Of a DNA stretch of 64,000 nt, positions 38,292 to 48,920 are shown in pieces. The first letter of the stretch is position 1; every line of letters starts with the position of its first letter. Origin of the DNA: a bacterium (GTDB taxonomy: Bacteria; Electryoneota; Electryoneia; Electryoneales; Electryoneaceae). The translations under genes were made by a program, and so were the position numbers. The DNA is taken from assembly GCA_963675295.2 (NCBI GenBank), contig CAXXKJ010000002.1, positions 2,208,001 to 2,272,000 on the forward strand. The letters run 5' to 3'. Below the pieces are notes generated by a model. It was not told the origin of the DNA. It searched no databases and was given only the letters and a program-made list of their open reading frames with translations.

Positions 38292-40127
38292 ATGAAGCTG
38301 CTCCACGCCGTACGCCTCCACCTGCTACCACTGCTACTTCTTCTGCTGTTGTCCGTCGGCTGTACGCAGAACAATTCCCGTCAGCTGCGGAAAGATGTCG
38401 ACACCTTTCTCGCTGACTACAGCGGTCGTTATGTCAAGTTATACACCGAAAATGAGTCTGCAAAGTGGCAGGCGAATGTGATGATCGTGCCAGATGACAA
38501 TACAAATGCGGAACGAGCCAACGCTGCCGCGGAAGCGCTGGCGGACTTCACTGGTTCGCAGGAAAATGTTGCACTGGTCACCGACTTTCTCACGCACGCC
38601 GATAAGCTGAGCAACCTGCAACGGCGGCAGCTGGAAACGATCCTCTACATGGCGGGCAATAATCCGGCGACGGCGGGTGAACTTGTCGAGCGCCGTATCG
38701 AAGCGGAGACTGCGCAGAACGAGGCGCTATACGGATTCGAGTTCACTGTGAACGGCAAGTCGATCACGGCCAACGAGATCGACCAGATCCTGCGTGAATC
38801 GTCCAACCTCAACGAACGATTGCGGGTGTGGAAATCATCAAAAGAGGTGGGCATCGGCCTGAAGGACGGCCTGGCGAATCTCGCCCAGTTGCGCAATGGC
38901 ACCGTGCAGGCGTTGGGGTACGAGGATTTTTTTCAGTACATGGCGTCTGATTACGACATGAGCACGGAGGAGTTACTCGCGTTAACTGATCAGCTCAATG
39001 AAGAGCTGCGTCCGCTCTACCGGGAACTGCACACCTGGGCGCGGTACGAGCTTGCGAAACGTTACCATCAACCGGTCCCGGAACAACTTCCCGCGCATTG
39101 GCTGCCCAACCGTTGGGGGCAGGAATGGTCACCGATACTGACAGTCGACGGCCTGGATCTGGATGCGGCGTTGCAGGGGAAGAGCGCGGAATACATCGTG
39201 CATGCCGGTGAGGACTTTTACGTCAGCCTCGGCTATCCGGAACTCCCGGAAACGTTCTGGCAGCGCTCATCGTTGTATCCCGTTCAGCAGAGCGTCAAGT
39301 ACACGAAGAACAACCACGCATCCGCCTGGCACATCGACCTCGAGAATGACGTCCGCTGCCTGATGAGTGTTGAACCGGACGCCGACTGGTGGGAAACGGT
39401 ACACCACGAGTTCGGGCATGTCTACTACTATCTGGCGTATTCAAACTCAGACGTACCGCCGTTGCTACGCGATGGTGCGAACCGTGCCTTCCACGAGGCC
39501 ATCGGCAGCCTGCTCGGATTTGCGAGTAAGCAGCAACCGTTCCTCGCCGGTCGCGGGTTGGTATCGGCAGATGCCCAGGTCGATCCGATGCAGTCGTTGC
39601 TCAAGGAAGCGCTGCTCAATGTCGTGTTCATCCCGTGGTCGGCGGGGGTGATGACGCAATTTGAACACGCCCTGTACGCGGACAACCTGGCCGAGGACCA
39701 CTTCAACGAATACTGGTGGCGGTTGAAGCTGGAGTATCAGGGCATTGTCCCGCCCGAACCGCGTGGGGAAGAGTTTTGCGACGCTGCGTCCAAGACCCAC
39801 ATCAATAATCATCCAGCGAGTTATTACGATTACGCGTTATCCGAGGTGTTGCTGCACCAGCTGCATGATTACATCGCGACAACGATCCTGAAGCAGGATC
39901 CGCACTCGACCGATTACTTCGGCAGCACCGAGTCCGGTGAGTTCCTCTGGTCGATTCTCGAGAAGGGGGCGACGGTGGATAGCGACGAGTTGTTGCGGGA
40001 AAAGACGGGTTCTGAACTGTCGGCGTCCGCGATGCTGGAGTATTACGAACCGCTGTACGAGTGGTTGGTCGTGCAGAACAAGGGCCGCACCGATACGTTA
40101 CCCGAGCTCAACGATCTGGTGTATTGA
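38292..40127 (+). CDS. M2 family (ACE-like) peptidyl-dipeptidase lipoprotein
   Basis: HHEFGH, GANRAFHEAIG, HASAW, PAHWL.N.WGQ.W; SVGC lipobox. Confidence 0.92.
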   Translation: MKLLHAVRLHLLPLLLLLLLSVGCTQNNSRQLRKDVDTFLADYSGRYVKLYTENESAKWQANVMIVPDDNTNAERANAAAEALADFTGSQENVALVTDFLTHADKLSNLQRRQLETILYMAGNNPATAGELVERRIEAETAQNEALYGFEFTVNGKSITANEIDQILRESSNLNERLRVWKSSKEVGIGLKDGLANLAQLRNGTVQALGYEDFFQYMASDYDMSTEELLALTDQLNEELRPLYRELHTWARYELAKRYHQPVPEQLPAHWLPNRWGQEWSPILTVDGLDLDAALQGKSAEYIVHAGEDFYVSLGYPELPETFWQRSSLYPVQQSVKYTKNNHASAWHIDLENDVRCLMSVEPDADWWETVHHEFGHVYYYLAYSNSDVPPLLRDGANRAFHEAIGSLLGFASKQQPFLAGRGLVSADAQVDPMQSLLKEALLNVVFIPWSAGVMTQFEHALYADNLAEDHFNEYWWRLKLEYQGIVPPEPRGEEFCDAASKTHINNHPASYYDYALSEVLLHQLHDYIATTILKQDPHSTDYFGSTESGEFLWSILEKGATVDSDELLREKTGSELSASAMLEYYEPLYEWLVVQNKGRTDTLPELNDLVY

Positions 40128-40276
40128 GTCGTCTCACGATGCACGATTGGGTGGCCCGGGTCGTCTCGCGACCCGGGTTTCTTCATGTTCTCTTGCCCGT
40201 GTTGGCTTCGACAACGCGGTTGATCCCAGGCTAGAATCCTTGGAATATGTTTAGCATTCGAGCCCCGAGCCCATCA

Positions 40277-42664
40277 CTATTCCGCCCTTAGCACCATCGC
40301 TGGCCGGGTCCGAGCGGCCCGCCACGCCTGCCACGATACCGTGAGCATCGTAATCGCCATCGCGATCAGGGCGGCCATCACGAACGGCAGCGCGGTCAGA
40401 TCGATCCGATACACGAACTCTTCCAGCCACCGTTGCATGCCGAAATACGCCAATGGGGCGGAGATCACGCTGGCGATCAGCACCAGTTTGAGGAATTCGA
40501 CGGCGAGCATCCCGAGGATCCGTCCCTCGCCTGATCCCAGCACCTTCCTCACCGCAATTTCTTTCCGTCGGGTTTCGGCGGCGTACGCGGACAGCCCGAG
40601 CAGGCCCAGGCAGGCGATCACGATGGCCAGCACGCTGAACCCACGCACCACGTTCGCGAAATTCCGGTCGTCTTGGTAAAGGTCGTTGAACTCGTCATCA
40701 AGGAAAGTGAATTCGAATGGTTGCCCTTCGATCACCTCGTTGTACACCTTTTGAATCGCGGCGATTCCCTGGTGCACCTGTCCCGCACGCAGACGCACAG
40801 TCACCACTCCGCCGCCGTCCGGATCGTACCAGAACACCATCGGTTCGATCTGGTGTTTCATGCTGGCGAAATGGTAATTCTGCACCACGCCGACAACGGT
40901 GAACTCCTGCCGAGCGGAATCCGGCCCGGTGTACATGTGCATTCCGACCGGATCATCCCAGTTCAGGTGTTTCGCGGCGGCTTCGTTGATCAGAATCGAG
41001 CTGGTTGTGTCCGCGCCGAATTCGGGGGAGAAGTTGCGCCCGTCCACCAGTCCGATCTGCAGGTTGTCAAGGAACTTATCATCGATGGTCACCGCGCTGA
41101 CGATCCATGTTGACTCCTCGTCGACACCTTCCGGATCGATCCCCGTGCGGCCGTGCGTACGTCCCGGAACGTTGGTCGACGCCGAGATCGACACGACGTC
41201 CGGCAGTTTCGCCAGCTGTTCCATCAGCACCGGACGCAACGGTCCGAACTGCTGCCCGCCAACAGTGAAGGTGAGCACGTTCTCACGGTTATACCCCGGA
41301 TTCATCTTGCGGATGAACTGCAGTTGCTGGCTGACGATCAGCGTGCCTGCGATCAACGCGACCGAGACCGTAAACTGCCCCACAACCAGGATTTGACGCA
41401 GCCGTACACCGCCCTTGCCACTGCGGTATTCGCCCTTCAGAACCGTCACGGGCTTGAAGCTGGACAGCACCACCGCCGGGTAGAACCCCGCCAGTACTCC
41501 GACGAAGATGCCGAACCCGATCAGCGTGGGCGCGACCACCGGGTTGGTCAGAATGTCAAGTGTCAGGCTTTTCTGGAAGAAATTGTTCAACGTTGGCAGC
41601 AGCAGCTCCACTGCAACCACCGCAATGATTGTCGCGATCAACGTTGTCAGAATCGATTCACCGAGGAACTGGACGATCATCTCCCGCCGGCGCGCACCGA
41701 CCACCTTCCGCATCCCGACTTCCCGTGCCCGTTTCAAGGACCGCGCGGTGGACAGGTTCATGAAGTTGAACGCCGCGATCAGCAACACGAACACTCCGAT
41801 CACCAGCAACGCGTACACCTGCGTGATGTCGCTCTTGGCGCTGTTGTAATCGTACAGCATGTGCGCGGATTTCAGGTGAATGTCGAGCAGCGGCTGGATT
41901 TTCGGTTCCCAGACATCAACTTCGCCATTTTCCGCCCACAACCGCTGCGCTTCCGCCTCAACATGCGCCAGGTCCGCGCCCGGCTTTAGCAGCAGGTATC
42001 CGATCGCCGCCAGGCTGTTCCAATTGGTCAGCCATTGCTCAAAATCTTCGGTTTCGTGCAGCGAAAAGATGGCGTCATACTGCAGATGGGAATTGTTCGG
42101 ACAGTCGGCGACAATCCCGGCGACACGGACTTCGTTCTGCGGACCGCCGACAGTGATCGTCTGCCCGATCGGATCGTCGTCACCGAACAGCTTGTGCGCC
42201 ATTTCCGGGGTCAGCAGGATGACGTCCGGTTCGGAGAGGACCGTCGCACGATCTCCGCGAATCAACTCGAAGTCGAAGATGTTGAAGAATTCTGGTCCGG
42301 CGGCGAGCAGGTGTTCGGTCATTACCGCGTGTTCCGGATCGCGTTGCAACGGGGCCTGGCCCCAGTGCGACACACGCACCGCGTCCTCGACCTCCGGCAC
42401 GACTTCCTTCATCTTCGCAGGCATCGGCGGGTTGGTAATCCCGACATAGCTGCTGGTTACGCCTGCCGCGTGGTCGATCGTATACTGCCGGACAATGCGG
42501 TCCGCCTTGCTGTGCATCCGGTCGTAGGAGAGGTCGTCGTACACGTACAGCGTGATCACCATGCACACCGTCAACCCGAGTGCGAAGCCGAGGATGTTGA
42601 TCAGGCTGTAGAGTTTGTTGCGTCCCAGTTGACGCAGGGCGACCAGCAGATAATTCCGGATCAT
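40277..42664 (-). CDS. ABC transporter permease (MacB/FtsX, double repeat)
   Basis: MIRNYL..A.R.L, NFMNLSTARS..RAREVGMRKV.GA, RRKEIAVRKVLG. Confidence 0.93.
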   Translation of the reverse strand: MIRNYLLVALRQLGRNKLYSLINILGFALGLTVCMVITLYVYDDLSYDRMHSKADRIVRQYTIDHAAGVTSSYVGITNPPMPAKMKEVVPEVEDAVRVSHWGQAPLQRDPEHAVMTEHLLAAGPEFFNIFDFELIRGDRATVLSEPDVILLTPEMAHKLFGDDDPIGQTITVGGPQNEVRVAGIVADCPNNSHLQYDAIFSLHETEDFEQWLTNWNSLAAIGYLLLKPGADLAHVEAEAQRLWAENGEVDVWEPKIQPLLDIHLKSAHMLYDYNSAKSDITQVYALLVIGVFVLLIAAFNFMNLSTARSLKRAREVGMRKVVGARRREMIVQFLGESILTTLIATIIAVVAVELLLPTLNNFFQKSLTLDILTNPVVAPTLIGFGIFVGVLAGFYPAVVLSSFKPVTVLKGEYRSGKGGVRLRQILVVGQFTVSVALIAGTLIVSQQLQFIRKMNPGYNRENVLTFTVGGQQFGPLRPVLMEQLAKLPDVVSISASTNVPGRTHGRTGIDPEGVDEESTWIVSAVTIDDKFLDNLQIGLVDGRNFSPEFGADTTSSILINEAAAKHLNWDDPVGMHMYTGPDSARQEFTVVGVVQNYHFASMKHQIEPMVFWYDPDGGGVVTVRLRAGQVHQGIAAIQKVYNEVIEGQPFEFTFLDDEFNDLYQDDRNFANVVRGFSVLAIVIACLGLLGLSAYAAETRRKEIAVRKVLGSGEGRILGMLAVEFLKLVLIASVISAPLAYFGMQRWLEEFVYRIDLTALPFVMAALIAMAITMLTVSWQAWRAARTRPAMVLRAE

Positions 42665-42885
42665 GTCCCAGTTCCTCGTTCCTGTCGCTCGATTGTGACG
42701 GACCCATCAGATGATACAAGGCAACCGCTGTGCCAACGGGGAAGGGAGGTGTGACGGTCGAAATTCTCAGGTAGTACAGGGGTAATCGCGGATCATGGCA
42801 CCGGTTTGCTGCGAGAACCGTCCGCCAGCGGACAGTGTTCGTCCGATGGTGGACAGGGGAAAGGACTACGATCTGTGGAAGAGCT

Positions 42886-43009
42886 GAAGTGCCCATGTCA
42901 AAAAACTTGCTGTCGCGGACCCGTGAACTTTAGTCTGCGGACTAAGGCCTGCGGGCTACGTTCGACGGAAAAACAGGAAGTGCCCGTGTCAAAAAACTTG
43001 CTGTCGCGG
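42886..43009. repeat. 33-bp direct repeat x2 (GAAGTGCCCRTGTCAAAAAACTTGCTGTCGCGG)
   Basis: 42886-42918 and 42977-43009, one mismatch; the spacer contains a GTAG-type REP half. Confidence 0.9.
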
Positions 43010-43017
43010 CCGCTGGA

Positions 43018-43112
43018 TCGCCGCGTAGCGGCGACGCAATGGTAGCGTGTGGCTTCAGCCACACGAACGGCGCGCCCCCCAACCTTTCGTGCGTCCTGCA
43101 GGGACGCCGCAC
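43018..43112 (+). repeat. REP-like element, family A, copy 3
   Basis: Same three hairpins. Confidence 0.9.
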
Positions 43113-43113
43113 C

Positions 43114-43713
43114 CTACCACATGAATCCGACCGATACTCCCAACTCGACCGACACGTACACAATTGAAAACAGTTCAGTGACATTGGCAACCGGCGGTTT
43201 TTCGGGAGTCCACGTAATATCCCAAAACAGGGGCATGCCCGCACCCAACCGTCCCGCGACACGGATGTACCGGCCCATGGTGAACGACCGCCCGTAATAC
43301 AATCCCGCATTCACATTGACCATATCGAAATGGTCAGACCCCACATCCCGTATCATCCGACCCGCACGCAGGTACGCGCCCCAATACGGACTGATGATCG
43401 CGGGTTCACCGTCGTAACGTGGGCTGTAACGTTGATACGCAACTTTCGCAACCCAACTGTCATGAAGCCAGGTTCCGCCTTCCACGTAAATCCCGTGCTT
43501 CTCAGCGAAAGACTGCTCATAGCTTCCAGCGATTCCCAGTCCGAGTCCCTGCAGTGGGTGAATGCTGATCACATGTGTCGGCTTGTGCCCGGTCCATCTG
43601 TGGATCGTCGTATCCGGGGGCGTGTTGAACGGGAGTTCGGCGGCGTGGCCGGGGAGGGTGAGGGTGAATACCCCGGTCAGAAGCAGGAACAGCGCCAGGT
43701 ACCGGATCAACAC
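43114..43713 (-). CDS. exported hypothetical protein, probable outer-membrane beta-barrel
   Basis: Signal peptide, alternating beta strands, C-terminal LGVSVGFMW; start approximate. Confidence 0.65.
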   Translation of the reverse strand: MLIRYLALFLLLTGVFTLTLPGHAAELPFNTPPDTTIHRWTGHKPTHVISIHPLQGLGLGIAGSYEQSFAEKHGIYVEGGTWLHDSWVAKVAYQRYSPRYDGEPAIISPYWGAYLRAGRMIRDVGSDHFDMVNVNAGLYYGRSFTMGRYIRVAGRLGAGMPLFWDITWTPEKPPVANVTELFSIVYVSVELGVSVGFMW

Positions 43714-43962
43714 GCTTCCCCCCGTGACAATTGGTGACGGTGTGCAAGTGTAAGGTAGCACGCGAAAAAGGCTGTTTCCGTCTCCAGGTGCAGGCGTCCG
43801 CTGGATCTTTCCATCCTGCTCAACATCGCTTTGCAGTTCGTGTCGTGATCGCTACATTTCGTTCATCGAAACGAGTGCCCCATCCGCTGTGTCGGGTTGT
43901 TGACGGGCTCTTGCTCATAGCTCAGAGCTCACCGCTCATGGCTCACGAAGGGAGTTGCAAAC

Positions 43963-44202
43963 GTGATCGTGGAAAAAGGCAAGCTGTCGCCCAAGTTCAA
44001 GGGGTTCAAGGATTCGAACACGCTGATCGAATTCGACAAGGGTGGCACGTGGAAGCAGGCGGTGGTCAAGTTCAAATCCAACAAGACCTATATGCCGAGC
44101 GCGGTTGTCACGATGCGCAATAACCGCTACTATCTCAAGGTTGAGGAAATGGGTGTCGAGGTCATGGTCACCAAACCGGGCAGCGATAATCTGTTGTGGT
44201 AA
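43963..44202 (+). CDS. small hypothetical protein (79 aa)
   Basis: GGGAG RBS, codon usage like neighbouring genes, F.GF...T..F..G..W.Q pattern. Confidence 0.65.
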   Translation: MIVEKGKLSPKFKGFKDSNTLIEFDKGGTWKQAVVKFKSNKTYMPSAVVTMRNNRYYLKVEEMGVEVMVTKPGSDNLLW

Positions 44203-44207
44203 AATCA

Positions 44208-44368
44208 GTCCTGAGTCTTGAGATATGAGACGCTGAACCTGGGACACTTACTCCGCTAAGTGTCCCCGAACACTCTCCTCGGTCCAAAGTCCTGAATCCT
44301 GAGTCTTAAGACTTGAGATCTGAGACACGAAATCCGGGGACACTTACTCCGTTAAGTGTCCCCGGATT
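44208..44368. repeat. two family-B hairpins, each preceded by TCYTGAG-like heptamers
   Basis: GGGACACTTACTCCG(C/T)TAAGTGTCCC at 44241 and within 44331-44368. Confidence 0.85.
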
Positions 44369-44528
44369 TCCCACGCCCATAGCCTGTTTTTTCAGTTAAC
44401 CTTGATTTACCCGATGCCCGCAGGAGCTTCTGCTCGCTACCGCGGCTAACCGCTTGTTGTTCAACCGGCGTTGGCTTATCCGTCAACGGACCTTTCCCGA
44501 TGCACGCCGCCCGTTGCTACCCGATACA

Positions 44529-44623
44529 CGCCGCGTAGCGGCGAAACGAGGGTAGCGTGTGGCTTCAGCCACACGAACGCCGCCAACTCCAACCCTTCCG
44601 CGCGTCCTGTCGGGACGCCGCAT
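44529..44623 (+). repeat. REP-like element, family A, copy 4
   Basis: Same three hairpins. Confidence 0.9.
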
Positions 44624-44747
44624 TGTTTCCCTGAAGCCCCCAGCCTGGAAAAAAATCTCCTTGTGCCACGGTCTTGATTGCTCTTTCCGCCACGGTCACG
44701 TATTCTTGACAAGACGGGAATAGACGCGCGAATCTCGGAGGGGGGAG

Positions 44748-46628
44748 ATGCCGAACCGCAATCGTGATCAAACACCAACGGAAGAACAGATCGAACAATG
44801 GCAAGCTCGCTGGGAGCTCTTTCCTGCGAAAGACGGCCACCCCAGCCTCAGCGATCAGGTGTTCCAATTGCTGACCACGCATCAAGCCGGTGAAACCGTT
44901 TCCGCCCGCAAACCCGACGCTGATTCCGATCCGACTCCAGGAACAGGGGATTGGTACCGAGCCTTTAACTGGCCTGAGGTCGAACGTCGCATCCTCGCGG
45001 TTTACGAACTTTTCGAGGCGCGGAAACGGGAATGGGAAGCCAAAGCTTCCATTCCGGCCGGATCATTCCCCTTTGATCAACAGATCAAAGGGGAATGGAA
45101 AGTGTTTGGATACGGGTACACCGGCCTGGATCACGACCTGTCTCTCCCCGCGCTGGACCTCCGCGGTGTTGATTGGTCTCAGCAATCAGCGCCGGAACTT
45201 TGCCTGCCATATGCCCACCTTGACGGCGCGAACCTTTTCAACGCCCACCTTCACGGCGCGGACCTTTCCTGGGCCCACCTTCACGGCGCGGACCTTTCCT
45301 GGGCCCACCTTGACGGCGCGAACCTTCGCTCAGCCCACCTTGACGGCGCAAACCTATACAAAGCGTACCTAAACAGTGCGGATCTTCATTTTGCTGAGCT
45401 TCACAGCGCGATCCTTTTTCAAACCAGTCTTCCCGGCGCGAACCTGCATTCTGCCCGCCTTATTGATGCGGATCTTAGCAATTCCAACCTTAGTGGAGCG
45501 GACCTCAGCGAGGCCCACCTTCACGGCGCATACCTTCGATGGGCTGATATTCAGGGTGCGGAGTTCGCAAACGCTACTTTCGGCACGTACGCTGCACCTA
45601 CAACAACGGCTAGTGAGGAGCAGGACACGGGCAAAAACCAAACCGCCGACCCGGTGATCACTCGATTCGCTGGAAACAGTTATTTGCCTGATAAGCTCAG
45701 TGACCGTATCGGCCAGTGGCGGAATGCACGAACAGATAGTCATTTGCGTGGACGGATTCCAACCCCCTGGCACTTGTTTGGATCACGTTGGGCTTTCACC
45801 TCCTTCACCGGTGTCGCCGTCAATGACGACGTCGCCAACCTCACGTTGGCCCCGGACCTGCAACGTTACATCAAGGATCAACAGTACATTGAACGATTGA
45901 AACAGAAAGCTGATTCGAACTGGAGCCGTTTCTGGCTGCGGGCTTGGGAATTGTCGTCCGACTACGGCTACAATGTCTGGCGTGTAGCGGGTTGGGCTGC
46001 GCTTGTCGTCCAACTGTTCGCCATCGTGCTCGGCTTGGGCGAAATGAGCTGGTGGTGGACTTTGATCGGTGCCCTGCCAGCGTTCGTCATCTGGTTCTGG
46101 CTTGTCTATGGCCCAACGTTATCGCTGTTCACAAATCCGTCACACATACCACGTGAGGTATGGCGAACACTCACCTCGAATCATATCCTCAAAGTCTTCG
46201 ATAAAACGCACGTACAACGATCATATTCTGAAAAACACGGCAAGCGATTTCCTCCAATATGCTGGTTGTTGCTACTTCTGGCACTGCTTGTTGTTCTTGA
46301 TCTTCGGTGGTCACCGGTTGCTACACCCGCGTGGGTCGTTGATTCGCTGCTCGCTGTCCATCTTCCCCAGTCGTGGGTTGCCACACTGGTGCACTGGCTT
46401 GCGGGGTCGGTGGTGATTCTTGGTTCGAATCTCGAACCGCCTCTTTGGCCGCCGCTGGAGTGGCTGTTTATCAGCTTCGACACCTTCACCAACCTCGGTT
46501 TGAAACCGGCTGATCCGGTCAGCAACACTGGCGCGGTTCTCATGTTGATCGAGAACCTGTTTGGCTACATCACGCTCGGTCTGCTGATTTCCGTCTTTGC
46601 CAGCCGTTTCGCCCGTCGGGCGGCGTAG
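44748..46628 (+). CDS. pentapeptide-repeat membrane protein with C-terminal two-TM channel-like domain
   Basis: A(H/D/N)Lxx repeats; SDYG..WR, several TMs, SFDTFTNLG..P...IENLFGYITLGLLIS. Confidence 0.8.
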   Translation: MPNRNRDQTPTEEQIEQWQARWELFPAKDGHPSLSDQVFQLLTTHQAGETVSARKPDADSDPTPGTGDWYRAFNWPEVERRILAVYELFEARKREWEAKASIPAGSFPFDQQIKGEWKVFGYGYTGLDHDLSLPALDLRGVDWSQQSAPELCLPYAHLDGANLFNAHLHGADLSWAHLHGADLSWAHLDGANLRSAHLDGANLYKAYLNSADLHFAELHSAILFQTSLPGANLHSARLIDADLSNSNLSGADLSEAHLHGAYLRWADIQGAEFANATFGTYAAPTTTASEEQDTGKNQTADPVITRFAGNSYLPDKLSDRIGQWRNARTDSHLRGRIPTPWHLFGSRWAFTSFTGVAVNDDVANLTLAPDLQRYIKDQQYIERLKQKADSNWSRFWLRAWELSSDYGYNVWRVAGWAALVVQLFAIVLGLGEMSWWWTLIGALPAFVIWFWLVYGPTLSLFTNPSHIPREVWRTLTSNHILKVFDKTHVQRSYSEKHGKRFPPICWLLLLLALLVVLDLRWSPVATPAWVVDSLLAVHLPQSWVATLVHWLAGSVVILGSNLEPPLWPPLEWLFISFDTFTNLGLKPADPVSNTGAVLMLIENLFGYITLGLLISVFASRFARRAA

Positions 46629-46919
46629 GGGAGGGGGAGCAAGTCACCAGCCACAGCCTGTTGACGGATGTGGGGTTCTTCATCGAGTATTCGCCTTGAC
46701 ACGCAGGCATCCGTTCCGTATACTTGCTGAACATTCGTTCACGGTGAGCGAATGCCTTCTTGTGCAGTCCTTCTCGTCATCACCTGATCGCGGTGGCAAC
46801 CATCCGTACTTCCCGAGCGGTAGTCTTCTCAGTTGATCCCTGCCGTTTTCAAACCAACGCTCTCGTTCCGTATCCCCATGGACTTCCATCTCACTCCACA
46901 TCCCGGCTCCTGGCCTTCA

Positions 46920-47172
46920 CCACCCACCCCGAAGGGGTGGCCTTTTCCCGCTGCCCGCGGGAGCGCTACCGGATTGCCACATCAGCCACTGGTCCATCCG
47001 GGACCTTCTTGCCCTCGGGCTTCAGCCCGGGATGGCCGGAAGTCAGAACACCCACAACCGCCACGCCCTCGGGCTTCAGCCCGGGATAACCAACAGCTCG
47101 ATCTCCCACCGCATCTTGCCCGTGTTGGCTCTGCCAACGCGGCTTATCCGCCTTCCAACCCGAAGGGACGGC
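46920..47172. repeat. REP-like cluster (CACCCCGAAGGGGTG; GCCCTCGGGCTTCAGCCCGGGA x2)
   Basis: Hairpins share the GGCTTCAGCC core with family A. Confidence 0.75.
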
Positions 47173-47771
47173 ACGTTCGTTCAGACCTTCCCACCGGCAT
47201 CGAAGGCGGAGTCCCGATACGTGCGCATGGCCCCATTTATGACAGCACCGGCCAGCCGGTCCCATCAGAATTGTTGGACGAATTCGGCCGTCTCAAACGC
47301 CCGAAGCCCAAACCGCGCCGCAAACGTCCGCCGGGCGTTCCGCCACGGGGCTCTGGCGGCGGTTGGAACAGGGGGATGAAGGGGTCAACTCATCGTCACC
47401 GCAACCAGCTGATCTATCCGGAACTGATCTGGCGTGACAAACACGGCTATCGTTCCGCGCACGCCGGATTCGTCCGCCACCGGCACGAACAGCAGCCAGC
47501 TGCAACGACGCAAGTTGAAACTCGCACCACCTCAAAGCCGCCGAAAAGCCTGCCGGATGGCTGGATTCTGGCGCTTGCCTTCGCCCCTGGGCGAGGGTCT
47601 CGCAACTGGGGGACTGGCGTCAAAACCCCGCATTCGCTGCCCACTGTCCCGACTATCCTCCCGGCGACAGCACCCAGCCGCCTCCCGGGAACCTTGCAGG
47701 TTCGAATTCGGTGTATGTTCAACAGTTCGGCATACCGAACTTCTTCAGCGAACCAGACCAAGGAGCTCCCC

Positions 47772-48710
47772 ATGAGCATACGACCTGTCAAACGCCATTC
47801 GTCCGCCGTGCCGACGTTGGAAGGCGCGGGTGTCCATTTGCGGCGCGCGTTCGGGTTCGGCGACACCGACGCCACGGATCCGTTCCTGCTGCTGGACGAT
47901 TTCCGAAATGAACTCCCGGAAAACTACCTCAAGGGTTTTCCGTGGCACCCGCACCGTGGGATTGAGACGATCACCTACGTCCTCGCCGGAACCGTCGATC
48001 ACGGCGACAGCATCGGCAACTCCGGAACCATCGCCCCGGGCGATGTCCAGTGGATGACTGCCGGACGCGGAATTCTGCATCAGGAGATGCCGAAAGGGGA
48101 CGAACACGGCCGGATGCACGGCTTCCAACTCTGGGCGAACCTGCCGAGGGACAAGAAGATGGTCAAGCCGCGCTACCAGGAAATCCTGGCGAAGGATATC
48201 CCGGAAGAGACCGAGGATGACGGCACCCACGCGCGTATCATCACCGGCGAGTTCTGGGGCAAACGTGGGCCGGTCGAGGGCATCGCCGCCGATCCGGTGT
48301 ACGTCGACATCTCGGTACCGCCGGGTGTCCGGCGTCGGATACCGGTGGAAACTCAGCGGCACGCATTTGCGTACGTGTTCGCCGGGTCTGGTGTCTTCGC
48401 GAACGCATCCGACCCGCAACCGGTGATGACCGAGCGTCCCGACGGGACCGAAGAACTGGCGTGGCAGGAAGTCGAGAACCGGTCGCTGGTGCTGTTTGAC
48501 CGTGGCGACGAAGTCGTGGTCCAGGCAGGGGAAGAGGGCATCCGTTTCCTGCTGGTCAGCGGGCAGCCGCTGCGTGAACCGGTCGCGTGGAAAGGCCCGA
48601 TCGTGATGAACACCGAGGACGAACTCCGGCAGGCGTTTGCCGAGCTGCGGTCCGGCCGTTTCCTTGATCCCTTCGGGGAGGGCAACGGCGGCGGCATCCC
48701 GCACGGTTGA
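47772..48710 (+). CDS. pirin family protein
   Basis: EGAGV, DPFLLLD, GFPWHPHRG.ETITY, QWMTAG.GI.HQE, GP.VMNT; AAGGAG RBS before ATG 47772. Confidence 0.95.
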   Translation: MSIRPVKRHSSAVPTLEGAGVHLRRAFGFGDTDATDPFLLLDDFRNELPENYLKGFPWHPHRGIETITYVLAGTVDHGDSIGNSGTIAPGDVQWMTAGRGILHQEMPKGDEHGRMHGFQLWANLPRDKKMVKPRYQEILAKDIPEETEDDGTHARIITGEFWGKRGPVEGIAADPVYVDISVPPGVRRRIPVETQRHAFAYVFAGSGVFANASDPQPVMTERPDGTEELAWQEVENRSLVLFDRGDEVVVQAGEEGIRFLLVSGQPLREPVAWKGPIVMNTEDELRQAFAELRSGRFLDPFGEGNGGGIPHG

Positions 48711-48731
48711 CGACCAACAATGGAGCGTTAT

Positions 48732-48762
48732 CGCCCGGTTTCGCTGAAACCGGGCGTTCTTC
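48732..48762 (+). terminator. intrinsic terminator
   Basis: CGCCCGGTTTC-GCT-GAAACCGGGCG followed by TTCTT. Confidence 0.7.
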
Positions 48763-48920
48763 CTCTGCTTCGGAAAAATGTACACGATCTGGATTGCTGG
48801 AATTGGCAATTCCACGGTAGCATACAAGAGCTGTACCAAACTGCCTTCCTGAGCCGCTTTCTGAAGTCGCACGCCTGATCTGTTGCCCGTTTCATTTCAC
48901 ATCAATTGGGGGATGGTGAA

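Noticed and set aside
42796-42810. sigma54 promoter TGGCACCGGTTTGCT
   Set aside because: GG-to-GC spacing is one base short and no gene follows appropriately
42886-43009. Mini CRISPR array
   Set aside because: Only two repeats, a 58-bp spacer made of REP sequence, and no cas genes in the window
44444-44476. attC-like GCTAAC...GTTGGC
   Set aside because: Far shorter than an attC site, no L boxes, not at a gene end, no integrase
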